This document shows positions 24,688 to 34,817 of a stretch of 34,817 nucleotides of DNA, in pieces. Position 1 is the first letter of the stretch, and each line of letters starts with the position of its first letter. The notes below the pieces were generated by a model. The model had not been told where the DNA came from, did not search any database, and saw only the letters and a program-made list of their open reading frames with translations. The stretch comes from Welwitschia mirabilis (Eukaryota): the NCBI GenBank assembly GCA_051453625.1, contig JBOZIK010000001.1, positions 4,600,071 to 4,634,887 on the forward strand, read 5' to 3'. The position numbers and the translations under genes are program-made.

Positions 24688-24897
24688 TGTTATCCTAGGA
24701 TTTTGTATTAAACCATAATGCTATAAAAGGGGACCTAGGGTTTCCTGTTATTGTGTGATTGTGGTCAGAGTCATTTTGCGTTCTTGCTTATAGGTTGTGG
24801 CTTGAGCTAGAGGAAGCAGGGAAGAAAGGGCCCAAGCCTCGTTATATTGTTTGTTTGCTTGTTTGTTTTTCTCTTGCTGCAATCTTTGCTCATTTCA
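24688..24897 (+). mobile_element. Decayed LTR fragment related to 4175-4568
   Basis: CTATAAAAGG TATA plus CTTGAGCTAGAGGAA...TTGTTTGTTT blocks shared with the 4190-4370 region. Boundaries approximate. Confidence 0.5.
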
Positions 24898-26014
24898 TAA
24901 AAACTTTGTATAATGTGTACAAGGTCTTTTAAAAGGCTGAACGTAATTTTAGGGTTGTAATACTAGCATCACTCTATAAAAGGGAACTATGGACTTCTAT
25001 TACCTACAAACTTATTGCACAATTTTCTCTATAAATTAGAGATTTCAACAAATGATAAGCAACCAAAAATCCTTTAGGCCTTGGAGATGATGTCACATTT
25101 AATTATAAAATGATAGTGCATACATACTTCACATTATTGTGGAGTTCCATAGATGAAAAGTGTTTTGAAATGAATGGATGTCTCTATCTATAGAATTTCT
25201 AACACTGATGTGATATTCAATTACTTAATTTGATTAAGAAATCTATTTACATAACCTTGATATAGATTCCACATATTGAAATTTCAAATTTAATTGTGGC
25301 TTTGGTTTACACAATTGATGAGACTTTGGAAGTGTAATAAGGGAGGTTTGACATACACTACTTGGCAAATTACTAACAAAAAACTATGACTCAAGAAAGG
25401 CAATTGCAAGATTCCAACAATATCATTTCAGTTTTTTCCCTCTCGTTTTCAAAGATGTACCCATATCCTCTGATATTTGTAACCTATCTGCTTCAAGCTT
25501 AGCAATATATTTCAATGAAATACCATGCTTTCAGAGGTAAATCCCCAAGAAAAACTGAAAAAGGGTCCTATTCAAACTAAATAAAAAGAAAGGTAACTTT
25601 GCCAAAAGACAAACAATAAAAACTTACGAAACGACTGACTTCACTTTCCTTTCACGGAAAAAGTCTTCATTCATTTGCAAAAAGCTAACAGCCTTTAAGA
25701 ATGATTTCAAAAATTTTGTGTTACATCAACCATACCATGCTATGCAACAATCCATGCTCCACATCATACATCATACTCAATTTTAGTTGCTGGTGTTAGA
25801 TTTTCCATGCTATTAACAGTATTATAGTACCATCTTCAACGATACGCATTAAAACATGTGCATGCTGTAATTTAATATCCAAAAACAAAGATAGAGTAAC
25901 ATGAAAGAAATAAGAAAAGATTAAAACAAGCACGCAATTGGAATAATAAACAATGGAATGCATTAGCTCAGCTTTAGAAATTACAAAAGGAAAGAAACTT
26001 ATACTCAATGATAC

Positions 26015-26058
26015 CTCTTTTTTCTTGTCACGCCTCCGTTTTACTTCATGGAAAGGAT
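26015..26058 (-). CDS. GIP1: GIP1-like exon 2 (44 bp)
   Basis: TTTGCAG acceptor and GAG|GTATCA donor. Joins exon 1 in frame to give DPFHEVKRRRDKKKE, the hallmark DUF1296 motif. Not in the ORF track. Confidence 0.95.
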
Positions 26059-26760
26059 CTGCAAACCAATCACACAGTCATCATTGATTAAATATGATAT
26101 TGACTAGAAGACAAAACAGCATTCAGGAGAACAAAAACCATTTGTAGCTTGTTTGTGCTCTACTGTAGGAATGCATTTCTGAAGAGAAACTAAAAGAAGT
26201 TTTAATATCTGAATAATGCATAATCAAGGTCATTGCTATTGCCATTAAGAAGCTAATTCTTGGAGCAAATGGTTGACAATAGTTTGAATAGAAGACAGCA
26301 AAAACAGAGCAGAGTTTATACACATCCCTATTAGCTCTCAGCAAGCATGTTCGTCCCTTAGCAAACATGTCAAACCCATCTCTTCTGTATTATGACACAG
26401 GTAGCTTCTTTACTGAGAATAAAATAACGATAACTGACAACTCACATTACTAGAGCCCTTTAGGTTTCAAGAAGACATTTTTTTTGTGATTATTATCAAT
26501 TTAAATGCTTTATAATCCAAAGGGAAAAAAATCCTTTAAAAATCTGTCAATAGGCAATTTGTCGGCAATCAAAAGTATTCCGTTAATTAATGGGAGAAAG
26601 GGTTTGCAAACAAACATGGGGCAACGTATTTAGCAACAAGCTAGAATGTAAGCCATTTGGAGGAAAAATCGAAACTAGCTGTGGAGAAACTTAACACCAC
26701 AAACTCTACAGTGTAAAGCTCCATACTGTAGTCAGGATTCATAGAAAGCAGGTTCAGAAA

Positions 26761-27272
26761 CAATGAGTAAAATGCCAACAAATTAAAATGTCGGTGGACT
26801 CAAAAAGTCGTGTCAGGAGACATGTCTCCATTGTGTTGGCAATATGTCGGAGCAAAACGTCAGCAATATGTTAGAGCAAAATGTCAGCAATATGTCAGAG
26901 CAAAAAGTCGACAATTATTTTTCTTAAAAAAATGCAAAGCTTATTAATTTTATGAGATATGCAATCAATCAATGCTCTACTGGCAGAAATGGATATTTCA
27001 TGGGAAATTTGTGATTTTTCCCTTCAATTGTTCTCGCTATTCTGGTCTATTGGGCAGAAAATGTTTTTTTAATTTTTTGTGCCAGAAAACGGTTTTAACA
27101 GTAACTGTGTGAGACATTTTGAAAAAGTCAGCAATATGTCAACAAAAAGTCAGAAATATCGGAAATGTCACCAACTTTTTCAAAATGTCGGCCGAAAATG
27201 TCAGCCGACTTCAAGACATTTTCAAATTGAAAAAAAAGCGAGTGGTGACATGTCGCGACATTTTACTCTATG
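26761..27272. mobile_element. hAT-type MITE in intron 1
   Basis: TIRs CAATGAGTAAAATGCC / GACATTTTACTCTATG. TSD TTCAGAAA / TTTAGAAA. Three internal copies of a 24-bp unit at about 26840-26912. Confidence 0.8.
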
Positions 27273-28293
27273 TTTAGAAATAAACAAAGAGAGAATAATA
27301 ATGAACTCCCATGAAGGCATCCCTCAACAAAAATGAACCCTCCATACGCGATGATGTTAGTTCATGTCAGTGATCCTTGTCTCGGTTCAAAGTTTAAACA
27401 ACTCACTTACACCATACAACTATACAAACTATTAAAAAAACCATTAAGATGTATGTAAACCAAAAAAAAGAGAACTTGAAGACGAAAATGACTAGAGTGT
27501 GCAGCTGGCAGCTTCTGTAAATATTGGAAGTCGTTGCCTGTATTTCTAACGTTAAGAACTTTCACGTTTACAGCTCCACGAAAGCTGATCTTCTGAAGGA
27601 TTAAAGAATACTTGGTTGCATGAAGTTTGATCCATCTAATAGATTATTCATATTTTCGTGACATTCCCAACAAATATAGCATAAACAGTTCCCAGCAGAA
27701 AGAGACCTCGGCGGATTCTTGACTATGACTTTCCTCCATTTTCTGTCTCTAATTGCATGAAAGAAGTCGTCTTCTGAAGTTGCATACACTCATCATGAAA
27801 ACTTGTCCGTCTCAAACACAATATCTGTAACTTCACAGGTAGCATGTATTTATTGCACTGAATAACATACTGAGTCTGACCAGCCGCCCTCTCGACCTCT
27901 TTTTAATAGAATACATATGACGCAAGACTTCCCCATTCTATCTTGGGTGAGCTTTTGTGTTATATTTTTCGCTTTTTCCCTTCGCTATGGCTAGTGTACG
28001 GCCTCTGACACAAAAGTCTTCAGCGCAACACTTAATAACCGCTACGCCCCTGATTCTCTGACTACTGAAAACCGCATAAGTTCCACTGAAAACGATGGAA
28101 AAAATAGAAACACCGAAAACGGATTCTTCCTTTACATAATAAAACACTTGCTTGAATTTAACAGATCCTTGTTAAATCACAGGGATGCTTAGGTGTGTCG
28201 AGTTCAACCAAAAGCAAAATGAAAAATCAGACCTAGCCCTTCCCGAAACACCCAACAGACAAAAAAGAGGGCCAAAAGAAGAAAAAAGAATAC

Positions 28294-28441
28294 CTTGAGA
28301 AAGAAGTCTCTGGACAGTCTCGTTGGGATCCATATTGCATTCTTGAAGAACGGGATAGATATCTTCTTCGTTATAACCCTTAACAATCTCCTTGATGCCT
28401 TCGATAAGTTTCTTGGTTTCTAAAGAAATGGCCCCTTTCAT
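28294..28441 (-). CDS. GIP1: GIP1-like (DUF1296) exon 1, UBA-like N-terminal domain
   Basis: ATG at 28441. Encodes MKGAISLETKKLIEGIKEIVKGYNEEDIYPVLQECNMDPNETVQRLLSQ, matching the IKEIV..IY..L.ECNMDPNE.VQRLLSQ signature. Ends CAAG|GTATTC (phase 1). Confidence 0.93.
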
Positions 28442-30830
28442 CCTGAGCCCTTGTCTCGCAGACCTTGCAACAATATTCGCCGGGAAGGTAAGAGGACGAA
28501 GAAGATCAAAGAAACAGCAACAGAAACGTACCCAAACCAAACCAGAAAATAAGAAGAACCCCTTCTCTGATTAAATTAATAAACCGACTTACAAAACGTA
28601 AAAAGTAACAGCTATATAAATATATTTCAACTTCAGTTACATGTTTACGCATCTATCCATGTATATGGGTCCTCGCGCCTCGTCGCCGCTTTTCCTTATG
28701 CTTTTCTCGCGTTGATGGCGCTGCGCACAGCGTTGATTTCCTTTTTCTTTTTATGGAGTGCGTTTGCTTATGCCTGCTGCTAGGGTAGGGATTAAGACTT
28801 GAAAATTTAGATTCCTGCAACAAATTTGAAAATTTTGGGAATGCGTTTAATGAAGAAATGAGATTCTTGTGACGCTTCGGTTGACTGTGTCATGTCACAC
28901 TCTACCACGACTTTGTCTTTTCCGTGTCACCGCTTCACCCATCCATCATAACCGGTTTCTTCTGTCTTTTCCGTTACTTATCTTTAGCCCACAGTCCTCC
29001 ACTGATGGTTGTACTCATTAGCATCTATCAAATCTTTTGTCAAGAGTCTGCAGACCTTTTAAACGAGGGGGAAAAACGTTTTATGAATGTTGGATTACAG
29101 TTACCTAATATGTTAAATGCATTTTTTTTCTTGTTTACAACCCAAAAAAAACTTATTAAATGCATTTTTTTTGTTTTAGAAATACTAGTGTTTAGATTCT
29201 CAACTGCATAGGCCTTCCATCACTTAAAATTGTTTTGTAATATCTAATTTAGTAATAAGGAAGTGCTTAGAGAATTAAGATTAGATGTCTTGTCAAAAAT
29301 TCATCACCTAACTCAAGGTTAATATAACATTGATGATATAGGAGCATCCCTAAAAAATAAAAATAAAGAATGTGTTTTTTTTAAATTAGAAGTATATTTG
29401 CTAAGGTTGTAGTATGCTCCTATTGAAAATAAAATTTGTCATGTGTAATGGTCATGTTAGAAATGACTAACCCTTTAATTTACCATCTTTGGTGGGAATG
29501 TAGTTCTAAGAAACATGCTACCTTTACAAGGAATCTAAGTGTAAGGAATATGCTATTTTCAAAGGGAATCTCCGTGCAAGGAATCTACTATGTTTAGAAG
29601 CTACAGTGATAAAATGTGTAAAGAGGCTAATATTAGAGAATGCCTTCATGTTCAAGATTCCTTTTGAACCCTTGTAAATAAGGGTGAGTGGTGAGATGAA
29701 GATGATGCTATGGAAGTTGGAGTTTAGAACAGTGATGTCATGAATCTTAACGTTGGGATCTTTAGAAGAGCTCTTTATTGGGAACTTGAGGAGAAGGTTT
29801 CTTATGAAAGAACTTAACTCATTTGTATCTTCTCTTTAAGGCTACCAAGTATTAAAGCGACCAAAGTAGAGAAGGTAGGGTGAGACTTTTAGAGGCCACT
29901 ACCGAGAAGAGCTCATAAAAGCAGTATGAGATGTAATTTTAATTTGTAAATATAGATCATTAAACTCAGAGGGAAGGGGTGAATGAGTTTTAAATAAAAT
30001 TTTTAGAGAGATGAAAATTAATAGCTAACAAAAATTAAAACATGTAAAACCAAATAGAAGTCTTATCAGATTTAACATGGTTCCCTAACTTGGTTGCTCC
30101 ACACTTGAATAGTTGAAACCAGTACATTGTTTGCATGTCAAAAGTGACATTTTAACAACTATAATTGATCAAATTAAAATAAGAGAAAAGACACTTCATT
30201 TATTAATTTATCATAAAATGATGTCTTCTATTATCTTTAAAATAAAATTTAATATTATCGTTTTCTCTATAATAATTGCAGGTCTTTAGCCATGTTTTAC
30301 AACACATGGTGGAAGATGAATATAATTCCGCATAAAACAATAGTAGAAATGGAGAAATGAGGTGGCAACACATAGCTATAGCATTAGCTATAGCATTGGA
30401 AGACATGTGGTAGAGGTATCCATAAGTTGTCGTAGACACATGTCGTAATAGCGTCGGTTGGTAAAGGAATCCGACTCCAAAGGTGTCACATCCACATTTT
30501 CACTCTTCTTATAAATTGCAAGTTTATGTTTATAACATATTTGAAAAATATTAAATTACTTGAAACCCTAATTGTTGTAATTACTATGCAGTGTTATTGA
30601 GTTGTAGTATGAATACCTTTTCATTAAATGTTTGTACCTAATTTTTATATACTGGAAATGATATCTTTTATTTACTTATCCAATTGAATGTAAATGCTGA
30701 ATTGAATGTATATTATGGGGACATGTTCCTTTTTTCTCATTATTAAATGTAAAGTATTATCTTGATTATATTATTAAAAGCACTTGGTGGCTAGGCAATC
30801 ATTTATGAGACGTTATGTAACCCCTCCCTT

Positions 30831-30952
30831 AACTGTCCTTATTCATGATGTTTTGTCTTTACATGCATAGAATCTTCACCGACTTTCGCCACTTCAACTG
30901 ACCCCTTCATGATGTTTTGTCTTCAAGTGCATGGAATCTTTACCAACTTTCG
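30831..30952. repeat. Two diverged ~64-bp tandem copies
   Basis: TTCATGATGTTTTGTCTT...GAATCTT.ACC.ACTTTCG at 30842 and 30906. Confidence 0.9.
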
Positions 30953-31493
30953 TTTTGTCCTTATATTCTTGTAAGCCTTTACATTCCACCAAACCTTAAT
31001 TATAAATAGGACCCTCCTCCTTCTTTTTCCCTCACTTTCATTTTTGGAGAACCTTTTGCTACTAAGTCTTGGAGCCTGGAAAAGCCTTAAAGACTTGCAA
31101 AGATCTTAAGTTCTTTTCGAAAATCAGTATGGTTCTTTACTTTTATGCTTTCTTATTGGTCCTCTCTTATACATTTTGTATTAAAATCGTCACATCTAAG
31201 TATGGATTTATTCTCTTAAATTTTCTTAATGGTCCTTCTTATGCATTTGCTTAATGAAATCGATGTGTATGTATTTCTATAAGACAGTTATTAAATCATG
31301 TGTTACTTAAATAAGAAAAACTCCATGTTGACACATATCTCATCTTTATCTACCTTTCCTTGATTTCCTGAAGTTATCTTCTTATGTGAGATTAACATTT
31401 GTGATTAGATTCTATCATGACGTTACCTTTTTGTCGAGGTATTATGTTGTGGTCAAACTTTTTTAGTTTCGTAATACTATCTTGTTTTGGATT

Positions 31494-31816
31494 TCCACAG
31501 ATCGTCGAATGAGGCAGTGGACTTCACAGATCGTCGAACGAGGCAGTGAAGAGATAATCCCACATATTACCGAACGAGGTAGTGGGGATATTATATTACC
31601 ACGAATCATCAAATGAGGTAGTGGGCTTCATAGATCGCCGAATAAGGTAATGAAGTTGATGATGATTGAGATTTTATATAAGTACCATAGATCGCAGAAT
31701 GAGGCAATGGGCTTCATAGATCACCAAATGAGGCAATGAAGTTAAATATTACTTGGAAACCACAAAACGCCAAATGAGGCGGTGGGATTCATAGATCGCC
31801 GAACGAGGCAGTGAAG
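31494..31816. repeat. Array of nine ~26-30-bp self-complementary motifs with variable spacers
   Basis: Consensus (CC/CTTC)AY-AGATCGCCGAAYGAGGCA-RTG(G/AAG), with an 18-nt core in all nine copies. Confidence 0.93.
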
Positions 31817-32345
31817 TTAATGATGATAGAGATTTTATATTTGATATTCTCATTCATAACCATGAGCTCCTTATCTGTGTTATATCATGAATTTCTTGGA
31901 ATCTTGATTTATTATTTCTATCTCAATCTAGGCAAAATCTTATCAAAATACCTATTCTTGCTTGGGCATACTTGGGGCTATGAGATTTTCACAGTTCTCA
32001 TTCCATACTTTTGTGTGACAGGTGAAAAATCTGGAGCTTAATTGCTGAAATGGGCATAAGAATGAAGAGGTTTATTGGCCCTATATCAATGAAAAGTTTT
32101 CTAGATAATTTGTGATCATTAATGTCTCAATTACTTGGAGTTTTATACCTTAATTTCATGAGTATTCAATAAGCTTCTTGTTAATTGTCATGAGAGCTAA
32201 ACTCCATCATTTTATGTGTATGATTTACAATATGTGAAGTTTTCTCTGAAAATTCATGTTGTATATTGGATGATGAATATTTTTCTTGAAACTTCTAGTA
32301 GTAAATTATGGTAAATTGAGTTTATATTTCATTTGAGAGGTCTTT

Positions 32346-32445
32346 NNNNNNNNNNNNNNNNNNNNNNNNNNNNNNNNNNNNNNNNNNNNNNNNNNNNNNN
32401 NNNNNNNNNNNNNNNNNNNNNNNNNNNNNNNNNNNNNNNNNNNNN
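32346..32445. other. 100-N placeholder gap with duplicated flanks
   Basis: Exactly 100 N. About 76 bp before the gap is repeated identically after it. Confidence 1.
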
Positions 32446-34817
32446 GATGATGAATATTTTTCTTGAAACTTCTAGTAGTAAATTATGGTAAATTGAGTTT
32501 ATATTTCATTTGAGAGGTCTTTAGTGTGAACCTTGAATCTTTATCTGTGTATTTTACCTCAAAAACACATTGAATGGTAAAATTGCTATTGTAACTTTCT
32601 TGAATCTTTATTTTGATAAGTATGACTATGACAATGACAATTTATAGTTAAATTATAAGTAATAATTGGGAATTTCATTATGAAATGTTATGGAACACTT
32701 AAATAGTAAGCTAGACATTACATTTATTTTGTAAGTAATTGAGGCACAATAATTTTCATACATAAATAATATGTTGAGGAGCATTAAAAATAAGCCTAAT
32801 GAAGTAGAGGCTATAAATAAAAAGCATGCATGATGTGATTTGAACTACAGCCCTCCCTCTTTATGTAACTGCCCCTTACCATTTCACCACTAAGCTGATG
32901 CTTTTCAAAAAAAGTGTTTCCCTCTTAATTAGATTAAGCATTAGGTCCACCTTGCTCATGCCTTGAATAGGTAGAGGGTTCATTCAGTAATGACTGCGTT
33001 TGCAGGCAAAGAAAAAGCCCAAACTATGTTTTATTGGCTATTGCACAAGAAGTTGGAAGGGGGAAGGCTGTATGAGACAATGTCATCTTTAAACACCCTT
33101 TTTCCTTGTGGGATTTAACTTCTTTTAATCGTGATGGCCATTTCGAAAGTTTTTAAAATGTCTGAGATCTGAATGTGCATGGTAACGCCCATGGATCCTG
33201 CCATTATCTGACATTTCTTCACCATTTAAAATGCTACACTAAAAGCCTTTGTGTATTCAATATTACAAGGGGGAGCCCTTACCCAACGGATTTATGCCTG
33301 AAACGTTCTTGCCAATCAAATGATTGAATCGCACAATTTTTCTTACTAGCGTTTCAGTTTTTGGAGTTTTTTCACTTAAACATTTAAGTTTTGATGCATT
33401 TCATAACACCATTCCCTCTTATTTCTTGCATAAATTCTCTTCCTCCAGCGTTGCCCAGGAATTGACATTTTTTAGGAACGCTCAACGCCAATTCAAAAAA
33501 AAAAAATTATGCAAACCCCTGAGCGATTTCATTTGTTTCATCAAGCTAGATTTCCATGTTCTTATTTGAAAAAGAGACTCTTACCCAGATTAAACACCCA
33601 AACCCTCAAATTCCGGTTCAAAAATATTCATGGAAATCTCTGCAATTTTTATCATCCATTCAAGAATTGATAGATAATTATGAATTATGAATAAAAATAT
33701 TAGAGCAAAAAGAAGAGTATCTCAAGATATTAAAGGAATCCAACTATGAAGGAACCTCTCACTCAGAATTAGGTATGACCAGAAGAAGAAGTAGGGTAAA
33801 TGTGGCTACAGTCTTCAAGAAAGAAGCAGACTTATCCAAATCGAGGAAGAGATAGATTTATGGGACTATCAAGAAATGATCAATCTTGAAAATACGATTA
33901 ATGATTTCAAAAGCATGGGATGTTTTGTATATGTTAAAAATTGCCTAAAAGAAAGAAACAAGAAACACCCACGATAAGTGTATAAAAGATGTCATGTAGA
34001 CATATCTAGAGGTCATTTCTATTGGAGTCAATTTTCCTTTCACTCCTGTTAAAAGTTTAATGTAAGCTTTATTACTACGGATGGTGGAAATGTATTGAAA
34101 AAGAGAGAGCGTCATGTTATTATTAACTCTGCAAAGGTAGAAGATGATACGATTATAGTTAAAGATAATGCCTTTGAGATTGCAAAATCAAATGAAGAAG
34201 AATTAAAAAATTTTCTCAAATAAGAAAACAAAAGTAATCAAAATGGTGTAGAAATTAATTTCATTAATAATGTAAATGGGAACACAAGTCAATGCAAGAA
34301 ATTGATTCTTTACCTCTATTGAATTAAAACTTTCCAGTGCTTATGGAAGTTATAAATGAAATTTTTCCTTATTAACTAGCAAAGGCTTCTAATTTTGTAG
34401 TCATGATTTGTTTCTTGCATTAATGGATTAACTCTTTGGCTTATCTAATTAGCCTATATTTTATAGTCAAAAAATCCTAAAATAAACCTTTGTCTTAAGT
34501 AATTCTTATATTAATTAAACCCTCATTTGCAATTATTGTTAGCATACATCTTGTAATCATTAGCTACTTGGTAAACCTTAATCAGCTAATCCTATTGCTA
34601 TATCATTAAAATTTGTGATCTTGTTTAGATGGACTATGTACTTCAACCTTATGGATTAGACACTGCTTGCTGTCAACTAATTGAAAATCTCTTGTATACT
34701 TATTCGGCCTATACTTGCATAACCTTATTTCATACATTGTGTTCTTAATGTATTAGGATTTAAGATGCTATATCGTCCATATAAATCTTGAAAGTGGAAA
34801 TTCAACTAAACTATACA

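Larger units (their letters stand above)
30816..32722 (+). mobile_element. Probable Ty3/gypsy (Tekay/Del-like) solo LTR
   Basis: Starts TGTAACCCC and ends ACATTACA. TATAAATA near 31001, internal tandem repeats and a CTCA..ACAG|GT motif near 32020. No TSD found, so the ends are uncertain. Confidence 0.55.

Noticed and set aside
28442..28540. N-terminal extension MVWVRFCCC... of exon 1
   Set aside because: Begins at a non-ATG codon in pyrimidine-rich UTR or intron-like sequence with no family similarity.
28612..28626. TATA box for the GIP1-like gene
   Set aside because: An AT run with no evidence for a transcription start, so it cannot be supported.
31494..31816. CRISPR array
   Set aside because: Eukaryotic context, degenerate repeats, irregular spacers that are partly repeated, and no cas genes.
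32270..32522. Exact ~76-bp direct repeat
   Set aside because: Flanks a 100-N gap and is best explained as unmerged overlapping contig ends.

Overview
AT-rich plant (angiosperm-type) nuclear DNA with five assembly gaps. One protein-coding gene dominates the window: a minus-strand GBF-interacting protein 1 (GIP1)-like / DUF1296 gene. Seven phase-consistent exons (ATG at 28441 down to 2384, 598 codons) lie in the window, and the 3' end most likely runs off the left edge. Its long introns (up to about 12.2 kb) are filled with transposon remains: a tandem-array TRIM with a single AATTG TSD, four hAT-type non-autonomous elements with 8-bp TSDs (one with a decayed BED finger), Ty3/gypsy gag and pol fragments, a LINE zf-RVT fragment and several decayed LTRs. 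Upstream lies a probable Ty3/gypsy solo LTR containing nine regularly built hairpin motifs. The most unusual signals are that hairpin array and a tRNA-like B-box next to the PBS in each TRIM unit. Nearly all other ORFs in the track are spurious or N-gap artefacts. All family assignments come from recognising motifs by eye, not from database searches.
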